64,000 nt of DNA from Octopus vulgaris. Its lineage: Eukaryota. The notes beneath the pieces are model-generated. The model was not told where the DNA came from. It ran no database searches and saw only the letters and a list, made by a program, of their open reading frames with translations. Positions 31,415 through 46,551 of this stretch are shown here, one piece after another. The first letter of the stretch is position 1. Every line of letters starts with the position of its first letter. The DNA is taken from the NCBI GenBank assembly GCA_951406725.2, contig OX597832.1, positions 25,358,001 through 25,422,000 on the forward strand, written 5' to 3'. The position numbers and the translations under genes were made by a program.

Positions 31415-31643
31415 CGAGTGGGTGCTAAAAGTTTTCCTGTTCCTGGCTTATTTAAGGGTATCACGAAAGGCCTAGTTGGACGCCTAACCTTTCAAGTCCT
31501 CTTTTACAGGGCTTAAAAAAACTGAAGGACCGCTGTAAAAATTGCATGAATCTCAGAAGAGAATATGTTGGATAGAATCACAATTAACTGACCCTCCTGT
31601 ATTTTCTTTTGCCCAGAGCCAGGAACTCTTCAGCACCCCCTTG
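31415..31643 (+). mobile_element. Internally deleted mariner element (MITE)
   Basis: Imperfect TIRs cgagtgggtgctaaaag...ttcctggct and agccaggaactcttcagcacccccttg-TA. Internal GLKKLKDRCKNCMNLRREYVG* resembles the mariner transposase C-terminus. Confidence 0.75.
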
Positions 31644-32061
31644 TATGTACATATGTGTGTGTGTATGTGTGTGTGAAGACGCGTGGCCCCGTGGTCTGGG
31701 TATTGCACTAATAATCGCTAGATCATAGGTTCGAAAGCTTGACAGGGCGGTAGATTGTGTTCTTGAGCAAGGTACTTCTTTTCACATTGCTCCAGTTTTC
31801 ACTCAGCTGGCAAAAAGGAGTTAATTTGCGACGGACAAGTCTTCTGATCAAGGACATTGTGGGGGTGGGGGTAGTATATATATATATATATATATATATA
31901 TTTACGCAGTGTAAATAACGGACAGAGTTAAGACTATTGAAAACGTTGCAAGACGCAACGAAAATTTTAGGAAAATAAAAATAAGAAACAAGTGGAAATT
32001 TTACCGGTGAGTGTCTTAAATTATAAGGCACAAATCGAAAATGACTCTCTCCAGACAACAG

Positions 32062-32094
<33 letters not shown>

Positions 32095-32139
32095 GCGTGT
32101 ATATATATATATGTGTGTGTATATATATACAAATATATA

Positions 32140-32197
<58 letters not shown>

Positions 32198-32363
32198 CGT
32201 GCGAGTGTCTATATATGTATGTATTTATGCATATTGTAAACTGCTCCATTTTGTGTATTGAATTCTTCGCAAACTCTTCTTCCTTTTTCAACAACAATCA
32301 TCATCAGTAACACTATCTTCTTCCTCCTCATCTTCCTTCTTATCACCTTCTTTATCCTTGTTG

Positions 32364-32394
<31 letters not shown>

Positions 32395-33281
32395 TACCAT
32401 TATCATCGTCATCACCGTCGTCTTAATCATCAGCAATATCTACTTTATTAGCAACATCGTCAGCAGCAACAGCAGTAGCAGCATCTTCATTATCTTTACC
32501 TTCATCATCAACATCATCTTCTTCACCAGCATCCCACCCCCTCCTCCTCTTCACCATTACCATGTCATATGTGTGCATGTGTGCGTGTCTATGTCTATGT
32601 GCTTGTCTGTGTGCGTGTCTATGTGCGTGTACGTGTTGTTATTTTTTTTTTCTTTGTAAACTGGAAGACAACCATTTTGTCTTTGGCAAAGTGACATTGA
32701 TTTTTCCATAAGTTCCTGCTTTGTTTTTTCAGCATGCTATTCGCGGTCGTTTGCTTTCCTGATTGGACGTTTCGCCTGTTGTTGTGGCTAATTAGTTCCT
32801 TGCCGATCTTTTGATGATTTCCCCTTTTATTTTTGTTTTATAAATTTGCTTCCGTCCTTCATAAAAAAAAAAAAAATCTTTAATTTATTTACTCCGTATA
32901 TTCCTTCCCTCCCATTCCTTTATTGTCTTGTGTTCTTTCTGTTTTTCATCCAATACATTGTGTCTTTCATTCTCTGACGGTTTCTGACTCAAGCTTTACG
33001 TTGACATATTTTCAAATTACCTGCTCCCATTTTAACCATTCACATTCTGTCTTTGTCTCTGTCTCTCTATCTCTCTGTCTCTATCTCTTTCTGCCCTCCT
33101 CTCTATCTCTACCTCACCCTATCTCACTATTTCTCCATCTCTGCCTCTCTCTTTTTCTCTCTGTTTATCTCAGAATGGCTCTTCTATTCTATGCCTTCCT
33201 TCACTTCTCTTCATTCATTCTTTTCCTGATGTGCGTGCGTGCAGTATATGTAAGTACGTAAACATCTCTCTCTCTTTCTCT

Positions 33282-33319
<38 letters not shown>

Positions 33320-33414
33320 CATTCTTTCTTTCTGCATATATATGTTTCGTGTGTATGTACATTAACATAGAAATAAATGAATGAAAAGCAGAAAAATATG
33401 TACGTACACATATG

Positions 33415-33448
<34 letters not shown>

Positions 33449-33482
33449 TGTATGTATGTATGTATGTATGTATGTATGTATG

Positions 33483-33513
<31 letters not shown>

Positions 33514-33610
33514 GTGTATGCATATATTCAAATATATATATGTATATGTATGTATATATATATGTGCATATATATATATATATTGTATATAAATATATAT
33601 ATATGTTATA

Positions 33611-33641
<31 letters not shown>

Positions 33642-33717
33642 TTATATACAATATATATATATATGCACATATATATATACATACATATATATATTTGAAT
33701 ATATGCATACACATATG

Positions 33718-33772
<55 letters not shown>

Positions 33773-34240
33773 GTGTATGTGTGTGTGTGTGTATACATAT
33801 AAAGAGAGAGAAAGAAACAATTATATATACATACAGATATATAAATATATATGTGTGTGGACATACATATATGCATGTATGTATGTATAAAAATTGTAAT
33901 AACGAAGTCAAACCAAATAACGATATTTTGAAAGCATTTAAATACATGTTTCAGATCTTGCGTAATATATATATTTTAGGAAATACATCTTGCGCAAAAC
34001 CTTAATGTATTAACTGACGAAGTTATTGCGTAGGGAGACGTATTTCTTATTATATATTAAGCAAGTTCTGAAACGTGCGTATTAAATACTTTCAAAATAT
34101 CATTGTTCTGTCTAAATTCATTATTGCAGTTTATAGGACTTGATGCAAGTACGAATTATCTTCTCCAGATTCAGCTTAGGCGGATTTATTTGATAATTCT
34201 GGTACACGAAATTACCAGATATGTGTGTATGTGTGTGTGT

Positions 34241-34277
<37 letters not shown>

Positions 34278-34315
34278 ATCTATATATATCACCATCACCA
34301 CCACCATCATCATCG

Positions 34316-34352
<37 letters not shown>

Positions 34353-34364
34353 TGACATCATCAT

Positions 34365-34585
34365 CGTTTAACGTCCGCTTTCCATGCTGGCATGGGTTGG
34401 ACAGTTTGGCTGGGGACTGGCAAACCAGATGGCTACACCAGGCTCCAATCTGATCTGGCAGAGTTTCTACAGCTGGATGCCCTTCCTAATGCCAACCACT
34501 CCGAGAGTGTAGTGAGTGCCTTTTTACGTGCCACCGGCACGGAAGCCAGTCAGGCGGTACTGGCATCGACCACGCTCGAAAGGTA
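34365..34585 (-). mobile_element. SINE 3' portion with RTE-type (GAT)n tail, family F
   Basis: Minus strand ...ggttggcattaggaagggcatcc...ccaacccatgccagcatggaaagcggacgttaaacgatgatgat; same tail at 57783-57875. Confidence 0.75.
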
Positions 34586-34809
34586 CTTGAAAAAATTACA
34601 AAAATCAATTCCAGGTGAGAATGCGATCGATAAAGTGGATAAAATCGTTTTTCTTTGGAATAGAAAAAAAGTCTATCTTTATTTCTTCTTTTGCTGGTGT
34701 CTCAAATTTAGGTTAAATCAGTGTTTCTCAAAGGGGAGGCCAATGGGACGGTCGGACAAGTTGTTTTGAGAAAATATGGTTTATTTTTCCTTTTTTCTTC
34801 TTCTATCGT

Positions 34810-34865
34810 TACCATTGCCATCGTCACCAGCATCATCATCACCATCGTCATCATCATCATCATCG

Positions 34866-34918
<53 letters not shown>

Positions 34919-35268
34919 GATATCATCATCGTCGTCGTCGTCGTGGTGATGTAATCAGTCGTTGTTGTGGATGTGGTTATGATGGTGATGAGGATGATTT
35001 CTGGTAGGTCATAGTAATGTAGTAGTAGTTGTAGTAGTAGTAGCAGTAGCAGTAGCAGCAGCAGCGGTAGGTGTAGTAGTAGTAGTAGCAGCAGCAGCAG
35101 TGGTAGCAGTAGCAGCAGTAGCGGTAGGTGTAGTAGTAGTAGTGGTAGTAGTAGCCGCAGCAGCAGCAGCAGTAGCAGCAACAGTAGTAATAGTAGTAGT
35201 AGTAGTAGTAGTAATAGTAGTAGCAGCAGCAGCAGCAGTAGCAGTAGTAGTAGTAGTAGTATTAGTAT

Positions 35269-35326
<58 letters not shown>

Positions 35327-35527
35327 GGTGGTGGTGGTGGTGGTGGTGGTGGTGGTGGTGGTGGTGAGGTGGATGTTGATGTTAAGATGATAATATTTTT
35401 AATGTTTGTAAAAGATGCGAAGAAATCGATGGCGGCGATGGTGATGATGGTGGTGGCGGCGGTGGTGGTCGCGGTGGCAGTGGCGTTGGTGATGGCGCTA
35501 TTGTTGGCGCTTCAGATTGATTGATAA

Positions 35528-35558
<31 letters not shown>

Positions 35559-35560
35559 CG
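34810..35560. repeat. (CAT)n/(AGT)n/(AGC)n/(GGT)n trinucleotide block
   Basis: Direct observation. Confidence 0.93.
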
Positions 35561-35994
35561 AGAGGATTTTTTTGTTTGCTTTTTTTTCAGTTTTTTAAAT
35601 TTTTTTTGTTTCTTAGTCGCCATCTTATGTGTTAACAATGTCGTCTCTTAAGTAGTGTTTTTAAGAGAGGAAGTAGAAAGTTAGGTGAGCGTGGATGTGG
35701 TGAGGTCGGTGGGTGGTAGGGATGTAATGGCGATTTGATGTGTGTATATGTGTGTGTATGTGTGTGTGTGTATGTGTATGTATGTAAATGTGTATCATAT
35801 GTGTGTGGGATTATGTGTATTACGCGTTATGTGGCAGTATTCGTGTGTGTACGAAAGTGATTTTGCGTATTAAACACTTTGCCTTATGTGTGTTCGTATG
35901 TATGTATGTATGTATATATGTATGTATGTATGTATGTATGCATTTATGAATGTATGTATCTATGTATATATATATATATATATTCTATTATATT

Positions 35995-36205
35995 TTTATT
36001 CTTTTACTGGTTTCAGTAATTTTTATTGCAGCCATGCTGCAGCACTGCCTTTAATCGAAAAATATCGATCACAGGACTTATTCTTTGTAAGCCTAGTACT
36101 TATTCTATCGGTCTTTTTTGCCGAACCGCAAAGTTACGAAAACGTAAACGTACCAGCATCGGTTGGCAAGCGATGTTGAGGAGGGGACAAACAGAGACAC
36201 ACAAA
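35995..36205 (-). mobile_element. SINE family A 3' half (similar fragments at 11770-11860, 13230-13390, 16560-16712, 42540-42630, 47095-47300, 48262-48390, 48515-48615)
   Basis: ggacttattctttgtaagcctagtacttattctatcggtc...gccgaaccgc.aagttacg. Confidence 0.82.
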
Positions 36206-36241
36206 CATATACATACATACATACATACATACATACATACA

Positions 36242-36280
<39 letters not shown>

Positions 36281-36296
36281 AAAATAAGAAACTCGG

Positions 36297-36385
36297 ATAA
36301 TTTGGTACGATCGTTTCGTACTACATCATTTTATTAAATAAGTATTACAACAGATTTAAGATGCTGAGACTCATCAGCCAATTAT
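36297..36385 (-). ncRNA. Type I hammerhead ribozyme, canonical core, palindromic stem III
   Basis: Minus strand: ataattgg CUGAUGA G-u...(long stem II)...a-C GAAA CGAUCG UA ccaaattat. Stem I pairs, stem III ACGAUCGU is self-complementary, cleavage triplet GUA. Confidence 0.75.
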
Positions 36386-37182
36386 AGAGGTTTTTCAAAT
36401 CAAGTGGCAACATTATAGAGAAGGTAGATATATAGACAAAGATGTGGATTTAAATTTTAAGAACATATGAGGTAGTGGAGTCCCTCCACTGACTGACTAA
36501 GATTTGGTTGTTCCACCCCGAAAGGGTGAAAGGCAAATTCGACTACAGCAGAATTTGAACTTAGTGCGTAAAGACGGACGAAATGCCTTAAACATTTCGT
36601 CTGGCGTGCTAACGATTCTGCCAGTTCGCCGCCATAGTAAAAACAACAACAACAACAACAACGACAACAACGACGACGACAACAACAACAACAACAACAA
36701 CAACAATAATAATAATAATATTGATAATAATGATAATAAATATATAAATGAAGCAAATCCCTCTTTTCAACAAAATCAAATCGTGTTGGTCGTAGTGATG
36801 ATGACGGTGGTGGCGGTGGCAGCGGTGGTGGAGGTGGTGGTGGTGGTGTTGGTTGGTGGCGGTTAGCGGTGGTGTTGGTTGGTGGTAGCAGAAGTGGAGG
36901 TTGTCGCGGTGGCAGTTGGAGATGGTGGAGGTGGTTGGTGGTTGTGGCGGTAGTGGAGGTGATTGTGGTAGCGGTTGGTGGCGGTGGTCGTGGTCGGGTT
37001 TTTTCCTGGTGGTCGTGGTTCTGGTGGTAATGATGATGGTGCTAAATACCATCTAGAAGAGATAAGCCCTGTTGATTTGGTAACAAGGAAGCTTCTGAAT
37101 GGTTTTCGGAGTAAATTTGTCAAAGATTTACAGAAATAATCTGTTAAGAAGCTCATAAACTTGACAACATATGGACAGCAAT

Positions 37183-37215
<33 letters not shown>

Positions 37216-37239
37216 ATTGGTGTGCTTATAGATATATTG

Positions 37240-37279
<40 letters not shown>

Positions 37280-37367
37280 TTGTGTTTATATCAATATTGC
37301 TATGTTTATATACGCTGGAGTGCTTACACACTCACACACACACATACACAAACACGCACACACATAA

Positions 37368-37410
<43 letters not shown>

Positions 37411-37429
37411 TTTATATATATATATATAC

Positions 37430-37547
<118 letters not shown>

Positions 37548-39183
37548 CGTGTTTATCTACTTTGTATTGATGTTTCGTTGTTAATGGTGGTTTGTTGTTG
37601 TTGTTGTTGTTGTTGTTGTTTGTGGTGGTGGTGGACTTTGTGCTTGTGTTTTGGTGAGGTTTTCTTCTTCCTGTTGATTGCAACGAAGATATTTTTTAGA
37701 GAAGTCTCGACAGAATTCTTACCAAATCGCAATAAATATGGTGGCCATGCATTAAGGGTGTTAATTTTCATATTCGGTAATGATAATGATGGTGATGGTG
37801 CTCTCTCTCTCTCTCTTCACAAATCTCTCTTTCTCTCTTAGTCAATCTCTCTCACTTCAATCTCCCTCTTTCTATCCCTCTTTCAGCGCAGTATTTCTCT
37901 CTTTCCGTCCTCCTCTTCTCCCTCTCTCAAACCAACCAATGTCTCATTCTCTTTCTTCACTCTTCGCTTCAGCCTCTTTTTGTCTCTCTGTCTCCGTTCA
38001 ATTTCTCTCACTCAAATCTCCCACCCCTTCCGTTCGTCTCTCTCTTTCTCTCCAATATATTTGTCTCTCTTTCTCTCTTCTTCATCCCCTCTCTCTCTCT
38101 CCCTCTCCCTCTCCAGTCTGTCTTTCTTTCCTTTAACTCCCACCCTCTTTTTCCCAGTATCTATATGTCTCTCTCTTTCTCTCCACTTTACCTATCTCTT
38201 TCTGTCCGTCGCCTCTCTCTCTCCCTCCCTTTCTCTCTCTCCTTCTCATTGTCTTAACTCTCTCTCCGTCTTTCCTCTTGACTTCCAATACACCACTACT
38301 CTTCCCTCTTCCCTTTTCCCTCTTCCTCTTTCCTTCCTCCCCCTCCCCCCTCTCTCCTTTCTAATATCGTTCGTCATCGATGTTTCAGACATTATGCTAA
38401 TCGCTGGTAAAACCAATTTCCAGACATTCCTTCCATTCTTCACCGTCTTCCAATTTTTAGTTACAGGAAGGAACTCTTCTTTGCGGCGGAGGTAATTTAT
38501 TTACGTATTGACTGGGGCTTGACTGGAGAGCGAATGTGGTGGTGGTGGTGGTGGTTGTTGTTGTTGGTGGTGGAGGTGGTGGTGGAGTGAGAGTGAGAGT
38601 TGAGTGAGGGAAGGATTGTAAGTGCGATAGAGTGGAGCCGGAGTTGAGTTGAGGTGGAAACAATCACAGGGTCGAAGGAAGAAAGAAAGAAAGAAAGAAA
38701 GGGAGGGAGTGGGGGAAACAGAAAGGAAGAAACGAAGGAAGGGAAGAGAGAAAGAAAGAAAGAGACAGAAAGAAATGAACGAAGAAAGAAATGAAGAAAA
38801 GAAACAAGCAAAGAAATAAAGAAAGAAAGAAGGAAAGGAAAGAAAGGAAGAAAGAAACAAGGATGGAGAAAGGAGGGTGGGGTAAAAAGAAGGTAGGGAA
38901 GAAGAAAGCAAAATAAATAAATAAATAAATAAATGAGAAAGAAAAGGAAGCAAGGAAGGAAAGAAGGAACGTAGGAAAGAAGAGCGAAAAGAAAGAAAGG
39001 CAGGAAGGAAGGAAGGGAGGAAGGAAGAAAGGAAGAAAAGAAGAAAGGGAGAAAGGGAGAAAGAGAGACAGGGAGAAGGGGAGAAAGAGAGAGAGAGCAA
39101 ACGATGTTAGAAAAGATTACGAGGAGATTCTAAATAATTGCAATCAGGAATTGTAAACGAAGTTAAAATTGGAATTAAGAACC

Positions 39184-39221
<38 letters not shown>

Positions 39222-39559
39222 AACAACAACAAAAACAGTGACAACAATATCGGCAACGGCAACAATGAGAGTAGCCTTACGGTAATTAAAAGGACCACAA
39301 GCACGTTAACAACATGAATGAGAATAGTGAGGAATAAACACAAGAACAACAACAACAACAATTATAAATAACAACAATAATAACAACAACAACAGCAGCA
39401 ATGAGAGCGATGCACTGCGACAGCAAGAGAAATTATTAAGCGACAATAACAACGTCAACAACAACGATTTTTCAGTGGATAATTAAAAAATAAAGACCGA
39501 AAAGTTAAACAGGCCAAAAACAACAACAACTACGACAGCGATGACGATTGAATAATAAT

Positions 39560-40285
39560 AGCCATCATCATCATCATCATCGTCATCATCATCGTCGTCG
39601 TCGTCGTTGCAATCATTGTTGGCCATCGTCGTCGTCGTCGTCGTCATCATAGTTATCATCATCATCGTCATCATCACCATCATCGCCATCATCATTGTCA
39701 TAGTCATCATTATCAACACCAGCATCATCATTATCATAATCACCATCGTCATCATCATCATCGTCTTCATCATCAACACCACCATCATCATTATCATCAT
39801 CATCGTCGTCGTCGTTATCATTATCAGAGTCACCGTCATCACATTCATCATCATCATCCTCATCGTCATCATAGACGTAACTGTCGACATGATCAACGTC
39901 ATCATAGTCGTTGTCGTCGTTGTCATCATCATCAGCATCACCACCACCACCACCACCACCACCACTACCGTAATCATCATCATAATCGGTGATATAATAA
40001 TAATCATCATCATCATCATCATCATCATCGTCACCATCACCATCGACAACAGATTTGTCATGATATAATAATAGTGGTGATGGTGATGGTAGTGATGATG
40101 ATGATGATGATGATGATGACGATCATGGTGGTTATGGTGGTGGTGATGATGATAGGATGCTGATGACGATGATTACGATGATGGCGATGATGACGACGAT
40201 GATAATTTCGATTATGACGACGACGGCGGGGACGATGATTGCGATGATGACGATGACGACGACCACAACGACGATGATGATGATT
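39560..40285. repeat. Degenerate (CAT)n block followed by complementary (GAT)n block
   Basis: Polarity switches at ~40060. Confidence 0.9.
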
Positions 40286-40848
40286 GATAAGAGTAAGAAA
40301 ATGGAAATCAACGCGATCAACAACAGCAACAACAACAATAAAACGATCGACATTAACAAACATCGATAATAATTTTTGTGTTTTGTTGCTCTATTTTTAT
40401 TTTTTTAAAACTTTTTTTCTTTTTACTTTTTTGTTTGCTTTTTTTTTTCTTTTGCTCTCTTTTACATTTTTGCTAAATCAACAAAGAACAAACAACCAGC
40501 AGCACGTTACAACAACAACAACAACAACAACAGCCACATCAACAACAACAACAACAACAAGCAGAGCGGGGAAACGGCAGCAATCATGCCAATAAATAAA
40601 AGCAATCATATGATGACACTTGCTAGCCAACAAGTGTCATGTGACTTAATAGAAATTTGATTGCTTTATATAATAAGGAGAGAGAAAGGAAGAGAAGAAG
40701 AAGAAAAAGGAAGTAAAAATTTACTGAACCACTTTGGGGGGAAGATGCAAACAATAGAAATAGCAGTGGAGAGTATTGAGTTATTTCAGTTATGTTGGGA
40801 TAACATTTAAGTTATTCCCATCGTCTTGAAAGCTAAGGATCGATGGTG

Positions 40849-40887
<39 letters not shown>

Positions 40888-41038
40888 AGTGTGTGTTCAA
40901 GTATGTACATATATATATATACATATATGCATGAGTGTTTATGTATGTACATATGTGTTTGTGTGTATGTGTATATGTATATATATATATATGTATATAT
41001 ATATGTATATATATATGTGTATATATATATACACACAA

Positions 41039-41132
<94 letters not shown>

Positions 41133-41202
41133 GTACGAATGTATATATATGTGTATACATATATTCAAAAATATATCACTTTATAAAGAAATACATAGAT
41201 AT

Positions 41203-41252
<50 letters not shown>

Positions 41253-41325
41253 AGAGGGAAATGGACAAATGTTTATACACATTCACACACATGCACAAAT
41301 ACGCATACACATTTGTATGCATATA

Positions 41326-41365
<40 letters not shown>

Positions 41366-43059
41366 GATTTACATTCATATACATATATGCGTATATGCAT
41401 GTATATATATTTTACTATACATATACACCCGCCCACACAAACACACACACACACACATGTTATGAAGAACAAGTTGACTGCTAATATTAGTTTCGACAAT
41501 CGAACAGTTAGTTTAATATTCGGTTGTTATTCTTATCGTTACTTAAAATAATAACATCAATTTAACATATGCATACGGATCTAGTTAAATTGATTCACAG
41601 AATATGCATTTTTTTTTTAAAAATGCAAATAAAGAAAATCTAAAAATCGGTTATATTGATGTAATTTTCCACTCTTATTGTTGTAAATCCATGATCTTGT
41701 GGAGAAAGAAAATTCAGGAAAAGTTAATGAGTTTTCAAAATCGAAAAAAACTGTGTATCGTTAGCCAGTAGTGGGGCAGCGGTGTAAATTTAGTGGTGTC
41801 AACTTTAAGGTTGTACCCTGTGAAATTTATAGTTTAGCGTCTGTGAAATGATCTGTTGCCTGTGTTTACTTTATGCGTATTTCAGTATTATGTATACCTG
41901 TCGTGTAAATTCATGTAGATGTAAATGCATGTGGATGTATGATATTAAACATATAACATACATACGGGCGCACACATACACACACACATACACGAATACA
42001 TACATGCATGCACATGAACGCACAATACACACACGCAACCCCCACACACACAACATACATACACACACATACGCACACACATGCACACATACACACACAT
42101 ATATGCCCAAACACTCACACACACAGACAGACAAACATGCACACGCATATACACGCATATACACACATACACACATACGCACACAACACCCACACATACA
42201 TACACACGCGTACATACCCGCACACACATACACACACACACACGTGCGGCACAGACGTGGATGAAATGAGTACAACACAACGTGCAGTTGTCATGGTAAC
42301 AAGTTGTTGACGCCACGCTGTTTGTTGATTGGCAAAAATTGCGCAAATTTCCCAAATTCAATTCCAAATAACCTCAGATTCTTTAATTTACGAAAATAAA
42401 GTAATTAGAAGATCGTAATCAAAATTCAGAGTTGCATCGATACACCAAAATTGAAAGCAATCCGAGCAAAATTAAAGGCGGAAGGGGGGTCAATTAAGTA
42501 GATCCATACCCCCTACACATACACATATGTGTGTGTGTGTGTGGTAAGAAGCTTACTTCCCAACCACATGTTTCCGGGTTCAGTCCCACTGCGTGGAATC
42601 TTGGGCAAGTGTCTTCTACTATAGCCCAAGATTCGTATGTAATAGACTTTCCCCTTCCCACAAAATTTCAAGCCCAGTGCCTATAACAAAAGGGATTATT
42701 ATTTGGCTCTAGGTAAACCTTCATCGTATGTCCAGCCTTGACTCTCTTGTCGATTTTACCTATCTACAAGCAACCCCATACCACAAAATTAAACGTGGTC
42801 CCTCTTTAAAATATATATATAAATATGATGACAGGGATGATATGAAGGGAATTTGAAAGCTATTCCGAGTTTGTCCTCGAGCGACCTCAATGAGATCCAG
42901 GGGTACGATCGTGTTCACTATGACTTGAAGCAACGTACCCAATTTTATTTTCCAAAAATACGAGCCTTCTCATCATTAATTTCCTTGAAATTTACTTAAT
43001 CGAATAAAATTATCTCTCATTCTAGGTAAAATAACTTCCAGGGACCAATACTGAATTCT

Positions 43060-43340
43060 GGCAAGCAGGTAACAACTGATGAAGAGGAAGAAACGGTGTG
43101 GAATCGATAAAGATTAAAGATGATCTTGGCTATCAAGTGTACAATACTTACAGATGAAGAAATTAAGAATAACATTCTACACAAGTGTAAAATGGAAGTC
43201 AACTTTGAACAAATATCGCAACTATCCCCAGGAAAATATGTGTCGTCTGTATATAAACAAGCAGACGACATCTTTGTCACCTGCTTTGCCACCAAGGCTG
43301 CGGCAAAGTGTTCGACGGCCATATTGTCAAAATGCTAAAT
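43060..43340 (+). pseudogene. Possible pogo/Tigger-like transposase C-terminal remnant
   Basis: KDDLGYQV / ILTDEEIKNNILH across a frameshift resembles the acidic 'LTDEEI' tail of pogo-family transposases; no DDE domain seen. Confidence 0.3.
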
Positions 43341-43580
43341 AAACAATTCACGTTCTTCATAATAATTTAAATTTTATATTGTGCAGTAGTGTAAACATTA
43401 AATTATAAACAGCAAATAGTGTGTGTGTGTACATACATACATACATACATACATACATACATACATACATACATACATACATACATACATACATACAAAT
43501 ATACATACATAGATACGTGTTTTTAGTATCGTCTCCTAAATGTTTTACGTTCTTATCCCAGTTTGTATTTTTTTACATTT

Positions 43581-43656
<76 letters not shown>

Positions 43657-43784
43657 GTATGTATATATACATATATATCTGGCGGGTTAGTATCTACATA
43701 CATACTTACACACATACATACTTACATATACACACATACAAACATACATACATACATACATACATACATACATACATACATACA

Positions 43785-43818
<34 letters not shown>

Positions 43819-43986
43819 CATACATAAATACATACATAAATGCGTACATATTGTAAAGTGTAAATGCTAGTCAAGGGCTGAGATTCTTGGGATTGTTGCT
43901 TACCAAAATTTGCAACGTGGCATATAAGAAGCACGAAACTCTCAGCTTCGAAGTAACTTTTATAGCCATTCGTCCGAATATATAGT

Positions 43987-44025
<39 letters not shown>

Positions 44026-44308
44026 ATATATACATACACACATGCATACATACATACATACATACATACATACATACATACATACATACATACATACATA
44101 CATACATACATACTTATATATATATAGGTATGTACATATATGTATGTATATATGCATATGTTTTATTTATTATTTTGTTATTATATATATACATATATAT
44201 TATATATATATGTAGTTGGAATTTTAAAAATGAAACAAAAGACGAAGACATGTGTATGAACAGCAAACAGGTGTATTAGTTTAACGCTCGGGAAGGTGAG
44301 AATATATA

Positions 44309-44388
<80 letters not shown>

Positions 44389-44416
44389 CCAAGAAAATAG
44401 TAACAAGAATGGATCA

Positions 44417-44511
44417 GTAATTTAGTACAATTGTTTCATACTAAGAACATTTTTATTTAAAGCTGCAAATATTACAGCAAATATAATGTCTAGTATTCAT
44501 CAGCCAATCAC
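44417..44511 (-). ncRNA. Type I hammerhead ribozyme, canonical core, palindromic stem III
   Basis: Minus strand: gtgattgg CUGAUGA AUACUAGacau...auguuCUUAGUAU GAAA CAAUUG UA ctaaattac. Stems I and II pair, stem III ACAAUUGU is palindromic, triplet GUA. Confidence 0.75.
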
Positions 44512-44609
44512 ATATATGTTAATACCATAAAGAATTCTGGTGCATCTAAGTTAAGTACCATATTCATTTGAATTCATTTGAATTCTTTTGAATCTAAATT
44601 GTTTTGCTG

Positions 44610-44666
<57 letters not shown>

Positions 44667-44855
44667 ATACATGATGATGATGATAATGATGGCCGTCCAC
44701 TTGTGACCGAGAAAGACCATTGCTGCCGTTTACGAACATTGTGCAGTCAAGGACTAAACTTATATTTTGCATTTGCGGCTCCATTGGTGGCTAATGAGCC
44801 CTGCCCTTGACAAGCATACATTGCAAACCAAGCTTTCCCCATTCGCTACACAAGC

Positions 44856-44941
<86 letters not shown>

Positions 44942-44944
44942 ATA

Positions 44945-45505
44945 AGTTTCTTTATTGGCCACACAGGGCTGCACACAGATGGGACAAGTTACAAAATAGA
45001 GCTTTTCTTTTGGGGGATGAAAAAAACAAAAAAAAAAAAAAGGAGTGGCGTAGGTTTTCGATCAAAAGGGATCGTAAAAGGGAGAAAAGAACAAAAAAAA
45101 AGGGAAAGAAAAAAAAGAAAAAACAGGAAAAGGAACAAAAGAAAAGAAAAATGAAAAAAAGAAGAAAAAAGAGGAAAAAAGGGGAAGACGTAAAAAAACG
45201 ATCAATAGGGATCGTGCATCACAGTGTTATGATGTATGGTGTAAAGGGGAAAGCAAGTAAGGTTTATCCGTGGGAAGAAAAGCCTACGAAAAAGACCACG
45301 GTAACCTTGGTCAATATTGTTATATGTTACCACATTTGTTTGCAAGTGGGTAACCCTCTGTTTTCAATTTCTGGGTTCATAGGATTATGCTCAAGGTGGC
45401 TTCGTCATTCATACGTGCCATCCTTGCTACATTCGCCCATCTTTTTTAAAAACATTCGCTAGACAAAACTTGCCTCTCTACTCTCACTTTCCTTTTCAAG
45501 TGATA
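44945..45505 (-). mobile_element. Shorter copy of the same Tx1/L1-clade LINE (ORF end and 3' UTR)
   Basis: Matches 51465-52020 (tttctttatt.gccacacagggctgcacacagat...ctcactttccttttcaagtg); (GATA)n on both sides. Confidence 0.88.
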
Positions 45506-45508
45506 TAG

Positions 45509-45597
<89 letters not shown>

Positions 45598-45884
45598 GGA
45601 TGGATAGATGGATGGATGGATGGATGGATGGATAGATGGATGGATGGATGGATGGATGGACATACAGACAACCTTAAAAGATCGATCAGCAACAGACAGA
45701 TAAATGGTTACAGGGTGATAGAGAACAGGAGGAAAAGAGAGAGAAAAAGAGAGCGAGAGTGAGAGAGTGTGCTATATCCGTTTATTCAAATACTTACCAT
45801 AATACGTTCGATTAACTCTCGTTGGGTAAACATCTCCAGAATCTTACCAAATAACGAGAACCACATCCCCTCAGCCAGCTCCCT

Positions 45885-45915
<31 letters not shown>

Positions 45916-46051
45916 TCTATCTATCTATCTCTATATGTATGGATGGATGGATGTATGTATATATGTATGTAGTTATCTATATATCTGTCTGTCTGTCTAT
46001 CTTTCTATCTATCTATTTATGTATTTATCTATCTATTTGTCAATCTATGTA

Positions 46052-46089
<38 letters not shown>

Positions 46090-46485
46090 TGCATCTATCG
46101 GTCTGTCTATCAGTCTGTCCACCAACATATCTATCATTCTCACTTTCTCTCTCTCTCTTTCTCTGTCTGTCAATCAATCAATCTATCTATCTATCTATTT
46201 ATCTATTCATCAATGTCTTTCTGTCTATCTATCTATCTATCTATCTATCTGAGGTCGACTTTACCTTTCATCCTTTCGAGGTCGATAAATAAAGTACCAG
46301 TTTAGCACTGGGGTCGATGTAATCGATTTAATCCCTTTGTATGTCCTTGTTTGTCCCCCCTATGTTTAGCCCCTTGGGGGTAGTAAAGAAATATATCTAT
46401 CTGTCTATCTATCTATCTACCTATCTTTCTATCTATCTTTCTATCTATCTATCTATCTATCTATTTATCTACCCATCAATGTCTG

Positions 46486-46551
<66 letters not shown>

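Noticed and set aside
32766-32795. Minus-strand CUAAUUA-GCC...GGC-GAAACGUC hammerhead-like string
   Set aside because: Two core mismatches and no stem I; at best a decayed relic.
38467-38491. Possible 25-nt microexon (ttacag|...GAG|gtaatt)
   Set aside because: Splice-like signals arise by chance in 64 kb; no partner exons or transcript evidence.
43076-43100. CTGATGA...GAAAC on the plus strand
   Set aside because: No stem II or stem I pairing.
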